Shown here: positions 14,250 to 25,748 of the stretch, piece by piece
Position numbering within the stretch: the first letter of the stretch is position 1
Layout: each line of letters opens with the position of its first letter
Source of the DNA: Octopus bimaculoides
Lineage: Eukaryota
NCBI RefSeq assembly: GCF_001194135.2
Contig: NC_069000.1
Coordinates: forward strand, 47,326,414-47,390,413
Reading direction: 5' to 3'
Length of the DNA stretch: 64,000 nt
Program-made: the position numbers and the translations under genes
The notes under the pieces: model-generated
What the model saw: the letters and a program-made list of their open reading frames with translations, nothing else
Database searches by the model: none
Told to the model about the DNA's origin: nothing

Positions 14250-15117
14250 TGTGGTCTGATCAATAAATATCCAGACTGTTGCTATAGTACGCAGAGTTAA
14301 GCAGCCTGGCAAAGATTGACCTTATACTCTGCTGTGCATGCACACTAAATTTCAACGTTCTAGCTCACGTCTGCTGTTTATAGCAGTGCTTGGAAGAAAG
14401 AAGTGTAGCGTATGATCATCGCATTGACCATGATGGTGAAAGTTGAGCAGAGAATCTGCATCCAATTTTGCCAAAAGCTTGACAATATCTGCTGAGAGGC
14501 CTACACAAAGTTTTCAAAAAGTTTCCATCGTTCTCGACACAATTAAGAAGATCTTGGGCAACTGAAACCCAAGTGTCTTTTCGGTTAACTGAAAGCAGTT
14601 TTGATACAAACTTGGCAGACACACATCTCATACCCAAATCTTCAGTGATAAAGAGACTACATTGGACCGTATCTAATCTGCACATCCTCTGATAACTCAC
14701 GGATGGGGATTCAACGATTTCCCCTCACAGCTGCGATGTTTTTCTCAGTTCTGCTGGTTGCGGGTCTCCCAGAGCGTTCGTCAATATCGACATTTTTCAG
14801 CCATCTTGGAACATCTGAACCACTCATACACTTGTGTGCGGCTCATACACTCCTCACCAAACACTTTCTGCAACTTTGTGTTGGCCTCTGAGCAGGTATC
14901 ACTATGACAACTTTCTCTGTCATGGCCACTGCAATGAACACATGCTACACTTCTTTCTCCCAAGCACTGTTGCAAACAGCAGAAGTGATCCAGAATCTTA
15001 AAACTTAGTGCGCATGCACAGCAGAGTTTAAGGTCAATCTTTGCCAAGCGGCTTCACTCTATATGCTTTAGCTTTGTTACTATGGCAACAGTCCGGATAC
15101 TTATTGATCAGACCTCA
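14250..15117 (-). mobile_element. Rearranged non-autonomous mariner element with two inverted 5' ends
   Basis: ~40-bp TIRs (tgtggtctgatcaataaatatccagactgttgctatagta and its reverse-complement counterpart ending ...gacctca), with TA at the right flank. Minus-strand transposase remnants: EANTKLQKVFGEECMSRTQVYEWF and LGMRCVSAKFVSKLL...DLLNCVENDGNFLK. Plus-strand N-terminus MVKVEQRICIQFCQKL at 14433. Confidence 0.88.
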
Positions 15118-15309
15118 TATGATATATATATATATGTGTATATATATATATGTATATATATATATATAGACACAATGGTGTGTATGCACATTATAGTGTG
15201 TATGTGTGTATATATAGATAGATAGAGAGAGAGAGAGAGAGGTAATTATTATGGCTGGTGCGTGTGTGTGTGTGTTTATGATTGGATACTGGTAAAATTC
15301 ATTCAGCTT

Positions 15310-15800
15310 TTGAAGAAACCATTTTGATGACCTTTGACCCAAACTTCCTGTTTTAAAGTGACCTAAATAAAAACCTTCAATCAAATTTACCTGGAAATTT
15401 ATGTTGCAAACCTTTAGCTTAGAAACAAAATTATTTTACTGAATTCTTCATTATTTTCAAAATTAATTGAAACAAAGGAAGTGGACTTCAACAGAAAAAT
15501 AGGGTAAAGAACTGGTTAAATAGTTACCTAGACGTACAGGGTTAGCAGATGGTATGTGGAGCATTAAATAGTTAATTAGAAATATGTATTCAAAGTTATG
15601 GTTAACATTTTATATAGGGAGTAGTAAACCTTTCGAACCCAACCTGTCTGAGCCCACCTCTGCTTCTATGATACCAATTTCCTGTTTTAAAGTGATTTCA
15701 ATCAAAATCTTCCATCAAAATTTCATGCTAGTTCTAAACACCAGACTGATAGAATTATTTGACTAAATTTCCCATAATTTTTTTAAATGATTTAAACAAA
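15310..15800. mobile_element. Two decayed copies of a TTAA-ended (piggyBac-like) MITE family
   Basis: Both contain ttcctgttttaaagtga. The first ends tcaacagaaaaatagggtaaagaactggttaa, homologous to tcaacagaaatatgggaacaaaagggttaa at 21806-21835. Confidence 0.55.
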
Positions 15801-16219
15801 AAACTTAAACTATAAACACATGAAGAGTAGGTGTATATAGATTAGGATTATTGCAGAAGAATTTTACTGAAACAGCAGACGACATTTAGTTACCAGCTAA
15901 AAGGGTTTTTATTACCTGGAGACAGGTGTACCTTATCTAATTGACTGTTAGGTGTTTATGTCTTATGTAACTTCCCTCCCAAAGTTGCTAACGTGTTAGA
16001 AAGTTTAATATTTCCTTCATAAGAATACAGCTCCCACCTTAGAGACTGTGCACATATACACTCACGCTTAGGGACATTACACAACCACTGGACCCCACCG
16101 AGTTGTGTCCACTCCATGACACACTGCTACTAGGACAGCTTCTGCTCCTTCGAATTTACTGTGTTCAATGTCCTCTCTTTGCTCTACCAACAAACTCCCA
16201 TTAGTTTCAAACTGAACAC

Positions 16220-16720
16220 CAGTCACACTAGGCACAAGGCAAGCAATCTTAAGGGGAGAATTCTAGTCAAGTCTCGCCACTCCAGGACTTGGTTGCTAGT
16301 TTCTTTTACCAATCCCCAGAAAAAGATGAAAGGCAAAGTCTTCACTGGTTCACTCTCAGGCCTTACAAGTTTCTTCTCTAAATCTTGGACAGATTCAGCT
16401 ATGAGGCCATCCATTTATGGAGCTCCCACAGAGAACCTGTCTTTAAACTCTCCTGTTTTGACCTGAAGAACTAAAATAAATAAGGGGCTCAGAATCAAGC
16501 CCTGATGAACCCTTAAACTGAACTTGTCTCACCTTCTAGCAACATCTCTGGACATCACTTACATCAACACCCGGTTTCCTTAGTAACCTTCAGATTACTG
16601 ACCACAATACCCAGCCAAAAGTCATCTCTGGTTCAACAAATGCTGGACATAATGACTTACCCTTAAAAATTTCTTCTTTGGTTGTCTTACGAGGAGGAGA
16701 GCATCAGTTGGACCCCCCCT
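16220..16720 (-). mobile_element. RTE-clade LINE RT fragment (decayed)
   Basis: Minus strand reads RVHQGLILSPLFILVLQVKTGEFK, a degenerate form of the RT motif GVHQGSVLSPLLF...EEFKTG, with stops and frameshifts. Confidence 0.7.
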
Positions 16721-18295
16721 TCCTCATATGACCCAAATTACATTTCTTTCCACTAAAGCTAATCTGTGTGTGTGAGAGAGAGAGAGAGAGAGAAAGAAAG
16801 TGTGTGTGTGTGAGTGAGAGAGAGAGAATGTGTATGTGTGTGTACAAAGCTAAGTGTTGGCTGTACAAACAGGAAAGAAACTGCTTAATGTATGTAACAA
16901 GAGTTTATTTAGTTTTTGAAAAGCAGTGAGAAGTCGTCCCTGTGACTAACGAGAGTTTCTCAGTTTGTGCAATTGTACAGGTGAAATCTTCATGCTTTTG
17001 TTATGGCCAGAATAACTGCACAAAACAAAAATCTGAACAGCAACAGAGTGAAAACTCACTTTTCAAGGAACACACACACGCAGGCACACACACACACAGA
17101 GGCAGGCACACATGACTTCTGCTTCCGAAGTGATTTTTAGTTTCAGTAAACAATTATGAAGATCACAGAATTGAAACAAAAACATCCATTTGTAATTAGG
17201 GGAAGAGTGAGAGAAAGAGAGAGAGAGAGAGAAAAAGAGAGAGAGAGAGTAAGAGGGAGAGAAGGGGTGGGGATGGAGAAAGAAGAGTTCTGTATTCTGA
17301 GGACCCAAAGAACAATTCACATTGGGTGTCAAGATTAGAAAATCTCAAAGTAACCCTAAAATGGATGTTTTTACTTTTTGTTGTTGGTTTTTGTTTCTGG
17401 GATTGGTTAGTTCTTGTAGTAGAAGTGTTCTGTTAGAAAATAAATTGTCCTGAAAGTAATTGCAGCATGAAATATGGTGAAGACAACAGGTAGGGTGGGG
17501 GGATCATAAACCAATGACCTGACAGTGGATAAGCCCACCCTCCCCAACGTGATCGGCGTCGACATTTACAGGTTCAGATATATTTACAATGGGTTCAACC
17601 AAGTTTATGGCTCCGTCAGATAGTGTCTGTCACTTCCCTCTTGGAGAAAGTCTTGAAATACATAAATAATTAACATGAGAAGGCAATTAGAGACGGTCAT
17701 TTATTTTATGTGTTGAGTGTGGGTGCTATGTATAGGTAGGTAATAAGGTAGATAGAAAAGTAGGCAGACAGGTAGATAAAAGGTAAGTAGTCAGGTAGGT
17801 AGATAAATAGGCAACTAGATAGGTAGTAGGTAGGAAAGAATAATAGGTACAAAGATAGATATGTAGATAGATAGGTAGTACATATATAGCTATATATATA
17901 TATATATATATATATAATGAGAGAGAGAGAGAGAGGTACATAAATAGATATGTATGATAGTAGATAGATGGATGGATGGGAAAGAAGGCATCTAAATAGG
18001 TAGAGATTGATAGATAAGTTGGTATGCTGATAGAAAGGGAAGTTAGGTTGTGCAGAAGTGAGAGCCAAGTGGTACAAATGAGATTTATTCATAGAAATCT
18101 GCATGATTAAAGACATTTGCACAAGAAACTCAGACATAAAATGTGAGTAAAATGTTGTGTAAAGGGCTAGAGGAGGGATCAGGTTATTCACAAATGGTAC
18201 AATTAAGGCTCAGGAGGATTATAATAATCCAGAGAGAGGGAGAGAGAGAGGAACAGTGATTAAGAAGACTTTTCTTCATCAATCTCACCACACAG

Positions 18296-18301
18296 TTTAT
18301 T
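18296..18301 (-). terminator. Candidate polyadenylation signal (AATAAA) just after the zinc-finger stop codon
   Basis: Plus-strand tttatt at 18296-18301 is 15 nt after the TAA stop at 18317-18319. An ATTAAA variant lies at 18307-18312. Confidence 0.35.
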
Positions 18302-18316
18302 ATAAGTTTAATACAA

Positions 18317-21300
18317 TTAAGAATCAACTTTTTTCACATTACTTTTGAGGTTTTTGGATGTAGGGTCAAGAAGTACTTGTGGCTTCTGGTAAGAGCCTTT
18401 CCTCGTGTTTAAAACTGATAACTGACCGTGATTGCCATGAGAAACATTGGTTGGATTAGAAGAATTCCAGTGATTATTGGAACAAGTTCCACTTGAACCT
18501 GCAGCTGTAGAAATCCCATAAGATGGTAAATGTTTGCAGTCTGTGGTAGCTTGTTCTCCAGTCAAATCAACAAACATACATTCTGTTATTTCGTTTTCAT
18601 TACAATTCACTTCATTTTTCTGCTTTAACTGTCTTTTGTTGACCAAACTCTGTTTACTATGATTCACCTTCCAGCCAAGATGACACGAAACATGTTTTTC
18701 TAACCGAGACACCATCTGAAAAGTACGATTACATTTGAGACACATTCGTCTTTTAAGGTCCATGATTGTTTTCATATCAACTTTACTTTTAGTTAAAGAT
18801 AATTTGGACAGCTTACTTACAGAACTACTGTGGTGGCATTGGTTAAGGTCCTTATTTCTCCGAGAGAGAGATTTCCATTTTGAAGATTTCTTAGTGGACA
18901 ATGATGGAAATGATTTATTTTGAGTTTGTGAACGCCGTCGCCATGAACCTGTTGGTTTCTTGGTCAATCTATTTAAGTCAGTAATATAATGGTTTAAGGC
19001 TTTCACTGATAATGTGAATATCTTACAGAGGTGATGCTGCCTTATATGTAACTTACACATGTGGCGTTTGGCAGCAGAGAACAGACATAGCTTGCATTTG
19101 TAGCGTTTCCATTTGATACACTTACCATTTTTAGGTGATGACTTTTTTATTGTTTGCTTGTCTTCAGTGGAAATCTGTTCCACAGAATTGTTTTCAAAAC
19201 CCGACAAAGCAACTTCAAAATTTCTTTCTGGAGTTTTATCACACTGGGAAGGCTTGGTCACATGATCTTTTGGATTTAAATAGTTGGATGTTTGTTCATT
19301 ATTGAAATTATTTGAGAAACTTTGAGATATGACAATCACATCTTCAGTGTCTGCTGAACAACTTGCATCAGGCAAACACTTATTGGCAGCTGTTGATAAA
19401 TGCTCCAAGACTTGCACCTCGTTATTACAGCAAGACTTACAACATATTGAGTCTGGACAGCTTGTTTCAACTAAATTAACAGGACATTGTTGTATGTTGG
19501 GGATATGCCTACCTACAACACCTGAAACATTATTTTCACTGTTTAATACAGCTGCTTCCGAACAAGAATTTAACTTCTCAGTCCAACATTGTGTAGTTAC
19601 AACAGTTCTTAATTCTTGGTAAGGAACATTAGGACTATTTTTCACAGCAATAATTTCTACGTCTTTTGTCTCAAAATTGCCACATGTGTTGGTATTGTTA
19701 CCATTTGCAGCAATGAGTGGTACCTGTGTGTTGTTGTTGTTACTGTTGTTGTTGTCGACAGAACAGATACTTACAGGTATTACGTTTAAAGTGGGACTGA
19801 TTTCATTTAGGTTGGGATTAAGGAGTACAGTTGGGGTTGTCTGTGGCTGGGTCTTTACAGTCACATTAAGCTTTGGATTGCTATTGATGGATTCTAGAGG
19901 AAAAAGTAAGACCTTACTTTCGCTCAGTTTTGGATTGGCAAGGATCAAGCTGTCGTTCATCACAGATTTAGCTAGAGTGTTCAAAGTACCATTTATTTTG
20001 GTTAGTTTGGAATTATCTGTTACTGGAATCTGTGTGACAGGCTGCACTTTTGGTGCGATATTCCGAGGAGGGCGAACATTATCAATTTTAGTCTGTGATC
20101 GATTCTGAAGCTTCGATGATTGTACCTTGTAGGCAGAGTCATTACCAATGTCCGGCCAGTCAAATGAGTTACTGCCTTCTTTCAGAGAGGGCAGAGGGCT
20201 CCGGACATTTCGGACTGGCTGGTTAACATGTTCCCAGTCGATACAGTCACGCAAGTGGTCTCGAAGTGATTCAATCTTGGGGAATATTTTACCACAACTC
20301 TCACAGCGAAATTTCTTCCGACCTCTTGAAGATTTTGGCATTATTCCTCGTATTAATTTCTGTTGCAAAATTTCATTTTCATATGCCAGCTGTTCTTCCT
20401 TCAGAGCCAGCAAATTTGCCTGAGCTTTCTTTTTAGCATCCAACATATCTTTGGCACTGTTGTTGGTAGATGGCAATTTGTTCTGCAGTTTCTCAGAACT
20501 GGAATATCCACGAGGCTTCAACCAGTCACTTTTGTTCACTTTATGTCTCAAACCATTTATAGGGTGACATTGAGAACTGCTGTTTGCATTGGAACAACAA
20601 CTGTCTGATCTTTCTTTTAGCTCGTCTGCATGCACAGTCAGCAGATGATCGCCTAAACTTTTCTGATTAGATAACGTACGGTTACATTTTAAACAGATAC
20701 AGTTCTTAAAATCAGCTAAATCAGACTTTAAAAATGGTTTATCCAATTCAGAGTTAATTTTGGTTTCTGAGGCAACAGGAATGGGTGTAGAGGGGGATGT
20801 ATTTAATTTGTCACAAGATTCTGACTTTAATTCACAAAAATTACTCCCCGTTTTAGACTCTTTAGAGATGTCGGTGTTGTCATTATTTTCATCTTTCTGT
20901 TCCACAGAACATTCATCTCCATCGCTTGGAATCACTTTGACAGCTACCTGCGTATTTTCCATGGGTTCCAAACTAAATAACTGTGTTGGTTGAGGATTGT
21001 CACGTGCAATTTCCAACTGTTTCTGGACAGCATCATAAAATTGACTTTTCGTAGGTCCATTGTTGGGTAACATCTGTGCACAATGATTAACCTGGCTGCT
21101 TTGTAGAACCTTTTTTGCAAGATCTACAGAATGCTGCAGGAAATCTTTATGATCTTCGTATATATTTGGTTTTACAGTGACCGAAGCTTTCCCTTCCTCA
21201 TCGGGTAGACTGCGATTTGCAATCTGTATATCTGTAGCACTATCATGGCGCTGTTTGCAGTAAATTCGCTTGTGCGCCACGAAATAAGGCACATCCCGGA

Positions 21301-21478
21301 ACAGATTTGAACAGGTGCGACATTCTAGAATGATGTGGGTCTCTTTGAGAAGGTAAAGTAATAATTCACTGGTGCCAACACTCACATATTTCATCAGGTC
21401 AAGCAAGGACAGATGCAGTTCTTTATGAGGTGAATGCTGTTGTAGCCGAGACAGATCAATATTCTCTACCGCCTCCAT
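18317..21478 (-). CDS. ZNF800: ZNF800-like C2H2 zinc-finger protein (~1053 aa from the ATG at 21478), single large coding exon
   Basis: Uninterrupted 3.16-kb ORF. The N-terminal GTSELLLYLLKETHIILECRTCSNLFRDVPYFVAHKRIYC resembles the conserved ZNF800 N-terminal finger region. Dispersed fingers: CLKCNRTLSNQKSLGDHLLTVH, CESCGKIFPKIESLRDHLRDC, CKLCLFSAAKRHMCKLHIRQH, CLKCNRTFQMVSRLEKHVSCH. It is preceded by a long poly-T tract and CTAG acceptor (exon starts at 21480). The gene symbol rests on recalled similarity only. Confidence 0.85.
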   Translation of the reverse strand: MEAVENIDLSRLQQHSPHKELHLSLLDLMKYVSVGTSELLLYLLKETHIILECRTCSNLFRDVPYFVAHKRIYCKQRHDSATDIQIANRSLPDEEGKASVTVKPNIYEDHKDFLQHSVDLAKKVLQSSQVNHCAQMLPNNGPTKSQFYDAVQKQLEIARDNPQPTQLFSLEPMENTQVAVKVIPSDGDECSVEQKDENNDNTDISKESKTGSNFCELKSESCDKLNTSPSTPIPVASETKINSELDKPFLKSDLADFKNCICLKCNRTLSNQKSLGDHLLTVHADELKERSDSCCSNANSSSQCHPINGLRHKVNKSDWLKPRGYSSSEKLQNKLPSTNNSAKDMLDAKKKAQANLLALKEEQLAYENEILQQKLIRGIMPKSSRGRKKFRCESCGKIFPKIESLRDHLRDCIDWEHVNQPVRNVRSPLPSLKEGSNSFDWPDIGNDSAYKVQSSKLQNRSQTKIDNVRPPRNIAPKVQPVTQIPVTDNSKLTKINGTLNTLAKSVMNDSLILANPKLSESKVLLFPLESINSNPKLNVTVKTQPQTTPTVLLNPNLNEISPTLNVIPVSICSVDNNNSNNNNTQVPLIAANGNNTNTCGNFETKDVEIIAVKNSPNVPYQELRTVVTTQCWTEKLNSCSEAAVLNSENNVSGVVGRHIPNIQQCPVNLVETSCPDSICCKSCCNNEVQVLEHLSTAANKCLPDASCSADTEDVIVISQSFSNNFNNEQTSNYLNPKDHVTKPSQCDKTPERNFEVALSGFENNSVEQISTEDKQTIKKSSPKNGKCIKWKRYKCKLCLFSAAKRHMCKLHIRQHHLCKIFTLSVKALNHYITDLNRLTKKPTGSWRRRSQTQNKSFPSLSTKKSSKWKSLSRRNKDLNQCHHSSSVSKLSKLSLTKSKVDMKTIMDLKRRMCLKCNRTFQMVSRLEKHVSCHLGWKVNHSKQSLVNKRQLKQKNEVNCNENEITECMFVDLTGEQATTDCKHLPSYGISTAAGSSGTCSNNHWNSSNPTNVSHGNHGQLSVLNTRKGSYQKPQVLLDPTSKNLKSNVKKVDS

Positions 21479-21633
21479 CACTAGAAGAAAAAAAAAAAAA
21501 AAAAAAAAAAAAAAGAATAAATACTAAAATTCAAACTCAGAAATTTTACATTTAAATTTACAATGATTGTTGTGGCTAGAGAATATATTCCCTTTATTCA
21601 TTAGATTTGAAATTCAACAGGGATACTTACGAT

Positions 21634-21835
21634 GAAACCCTTCATACCAACCTTCCTCAGGTTGACTATGGTTCTATGACACAAAGGGATCCAAATTAAA
21701 AGCTTAAAATTTCAGGTTAATTTAGGTTCCAAACTCCAACTTAATAAGCTATTTCAATAAATTCTTCATTAATTTGAAAATTAGTTTAAATAAAGGCAGT
21801 GCATTTCAACAGAAATATGGGAACAAAAGGGTTAA
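21634..21835. mobile_element. piggyBac-like MITE (CCCT...AGGG-TTAA) in the zinc-finger gene's 5' intron
   Basis: Right end aaaagggttaa, degenerate left end gaaacccttcatacc. Homologous to the repeat copies at 15310-15800. Confidence 0.6.
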
Positions 21836-23364
21836 GAAGTAAACAAGGGGGAAACCTCCAAGCATTAAATCCCAAATTTAACATTGGATGTTTGCTCATG
21901 GCAAAACTGAAGACATAATCACTATTTAAAAAAAGGGGGGGGGGATTTTGTGCCCAATTTTCGGTGCCTTTAACAGAAACCATTCTGAAAGTATTATGGA
22001 CAGGTCTTTGGTTTGAGGATAATTTGATCAAAGCAGTCTCAGAAAGAAAGAATTAGTAAAATATAAAAGTTTACCAATTATTTTGAAGGAGCAACTTCAA
22101 CAAGATAGGAATGGGTAAACCGTAAGAAAATCAGGAATGAGGAATGGAGAAAATACTAAATAACTGGCAAGGAATGTAATAATACAAGCGACTCCACAAA
22201 GCCAGTCCTCGATGAATGTGACGCTAATAGCTAACAGACACACGAGGCCCACACAGGATCTAGTTTGATGCGATCTGTTCTCGTACTTGACTGCTGAGGT
22301 ATTTTACCGAACCCGGAACGATGAAAACCAATCTTGACTCGGACAGGATTTGAACGTACAAGGAGGTAACTAAATAGAGCCTTAACGGTTCAAAAGTCAG
22401 AAAAACATTAATTTCCAACATAGATACACGGAGAGAAAAATGAGCAAAGGTTTAAAATAGTTAATATTGATCTCGCAAATGAACTCATGAATATTCATAA
22501 CATTACAGTGATGAAGTAACGTTAAAATATGTAAAAGTAAAAGGAAGAAATAAAATTTAGATTGAAGTGTTAAGTGTAGTCGCTATGGGTCCTATGGGTC
22601 CGTTGTGGGTAGAGAGAAAGAGAGTGGGAGTCCGCTTTAATTGCGTGGGTCGGACGAGGGTTTATAAAACTTGAAGGAGTGTTTCAACTTCTTACACGTG
22701 CGTATAAGAGTATGAATGAATATGTGTATATATATATATATATATATGAGTCAAAGTGTGTATAAGAACGAATATTCATGTAGTAATGTGTGTATAAGTG
22801 AGTTTACGATTGACAGCGGGTATGGGTGTACGAGAGTGTGTGTGTGTGTAAGGGAATGAGAAAGTAAGTGGTGTATGTGTGTGTATGCGTGACTGAATGT
22901 GTGTGTGTATAGGCCCGTACGTATATTCCTATGTACACATTAAACAAGACAAACAATATATGGCTTATCATATTGTTTCACAAATACGTATTTCGTCTCC
23001 TTTTATCTTATATTCACCCCACCCACATCCCTCAATCCGATATTCTGAATATAAAAAAAGCCTTATATTTTATGGACAAGACAAACCTCAAAAGACAAAA
23101 CAGTGAACAAGAAAATTAAAAGAACAGAAAAGGTCAACGATGGGGGTCAAACGGTACGGGTCCACCAAAGAGTATAAATGAATCGGGTGTTGTTAAGTTA
23201 AAGTATCCTGGTTGTTGGTCTTTGATGGTTCCTGCCATCTCCGCCCTAAATTGCTGACTTTTTAAATATCTGTATGTGAAGTTTTACTGAAATAACGACA
23301 AAGAGAGAGAAGGTGGGGAGAGACGATTATGATGAAGATAATAAAGAGAAATCGTTAATTATAT

Positions 23365-23399
<35 letters not shown>

Positions 23400-24026
23400 A
23401 GGGCCAGGTGAGTAATGGAATGGTGGGGTTTTTTTTCTTTTGAAGAACAGTTCTTCGAGACGATCAGGTTTTACGTGATGAGAGAGTGAGAAAATAGTGA
23501 GAGTATGTTTGTGTAAAAGAGGAGGAGAGAGAGAGCGAGAGGAGGAGGTCAGATAGGAGAGCAGGCAGACAGACAGACAAAGGAAGACAGACGGACAGAG
23601 GTACACACACACCACACATTAGTAATACAAATAAAAAAGAAACACTCAGAGAGGGAAATGCACACAGACACACACACATATGTAGACAGAGGTATACAGC
23701 GACATACATATACACACAAATACACCCATCACCAGATATCTACCCATTAGTGCGCGCGCGCGCGCACTCAGGGACAGATGCACTACACACATATAGACAA
23801 TGTTACACAGCAACACTCACACACGTTTATACATTCAAATACATCTCTTCACACAGAGAAATAAACGCATATACACACCCATCCACACACACACACAAAT
23901 ATATATATATATATATATATCCATTGACACAAGGACAGAGATGCAACACACACATAGAGACAATATTACACAGCGATACCCACACATATATATACACAGA
24001 AATACACCCATCCATGCACCTCCACC

Positions 24027-24058
<32 letters not shown>

Positions 24059-24781
24059 CACACCCATTCAGGGCCAGAGGAGTGCAGTAAAGAGGACGAA
24101 AGTGTATATAAATGTATAGTTGTTGAAGAAATAGCAGCAATGTGACAAAGTTGTCCTCATCATGCTGCACAATGTGGAGTGCATCGTAAACGGTGTGTGT
24201 AGAGTTGCAAGCAAAGTGCAAGTGGTGGCCCTCGTTGGGAAGTGTGTAAGGAAGGAGGAGGGGGAGGAGTGTCACCGCCGTGAATATGTATGAGGGGATG
24301 CATGTATGTATGTAAAATGGTGTGTAGGCCACGTATGTGATGTGTGTGTGTATGAGAGAGAGAGAGAGAGAGAGAAAGAACGAGAGAAGTGTATGAAAAT
24401 GTATATAGGTAAGTATCCGTGTGTATTATCTGTCTGGAATGTGTGTGCGTGTGTTCATACATGTGCCTGTATGCGTGAACATCGCTTGCAAATGTGTACA
24501 TACATACACACACACACATATATTGGTGTGTAGATTACATATATATCTGTTTTAAACGAAAGCCAACGAGGAATCCTGTACGCGGTCGCTCGACCTACTA
24601 GAAATAGCAGCCAAAACCACCCTTCCCAAACCCACGGTCTTAGAGAAAGAAAAGGACACACCAGATATTGTAATGATAGAGACTTTAAAAAGACGAGAGG
24701 GTCATGGCTGAAATGTCTTTGATCATGTAACTGCATGATCAGACAGATGGCCTGGGGTTAAACAGCAAAGGCATGTATTTG

Positions 24782-24850
<69 letters not shown>

Positions 24851-24991
24851 GCGCGCGCACACAACACACGAGTGTAACTAAGTTATAAATTCACCTTACA
24901 GATTTGTGCTTGTGTGTGTAGAGAGACACACACACACATTATATATANNNNNNNNNNNNNNNNNNNNNNNNNNNNNNNNNNNNNNNNNNNN

Positions 24992-25031
<40 letters not shown>

Positions 25032-25671
25032 AGAGTGTGGACAGTTAGGTCGGGTAGGCACCAAAAACAAGACCACGACCAACACTGACCGGAAGAGAGA
25101 AATACTGGGGGGGGGGTCTTTTTGAAACATAGGTACTCACAATATCGATGACGGATATACACACACACAAAAGATGACGACTGCACACTTGTCTCTTTTA
25201 TAGACACAGATGACGGACAGACTTGTATCACACGCACACACCGTCTCTCTCTCTCTCTCTCTCTCGCACACACACACAGACTCACACATATTAACATGTA
25301 AGCTGGTATACATACAATTTCAATGGTCGGATTTATAGGCTGAAATAATGGGAAATTTGCGACCGACATCTATGTTTTACGCAAAGAACCTGAAACCGAA
25401 GCGGTTCCGACCGGGAATCGAAACTAAACCAGACACGCTTCACCGACGACAATGTACCTCGGTATTACAGCACCAGCCATCAATACGTACAGCCGTGTGT
25501 GTGTGTGTGTGTGTGTGTAGATAAAAGAGAAATAACATTTCTTATTTGGGCATGGAGCGATTAGATCTTGCAAAGAAGGACGGAAGACGAGGTGTTGTGA
25601 AGTATATGCTTCACCCAACAACAAGGGCAGTGTCAAGGTAATGTAATAATTAAAGCAAGACGGATACTTAC

Positions 25672-25748
25672 AGAAGAAAATGCTCTGTCACAGGAGGACA
25701 GGGTGACAGAGTAATCCAAAATGTATCAGAAGAGAGAGAGATAAATGG
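25672..25748 (-). other. Putative non-coding 5'-UTR exon of the zinc-finger gene
   Basis: On the minus strand it is flanked by acceptor tcttctactgctccAG and donor GTAAGT. An upstream GTAAGT donor at 25813 would define a 65-nt intron. It lies in a CpG-enriched zone (25100-26500). Splice signals only, no transcript evidence. Confidence 0.35.

Noticed and set aside
23140-23240. Alternative coding first exon for the zinc-finger gene (MAGTIKDQQPGYFNLTTPDSFILF, phase 1)
   Set aside because: It would be in frame, but the required donor (GTGGAC) is poor and there is no homology support.
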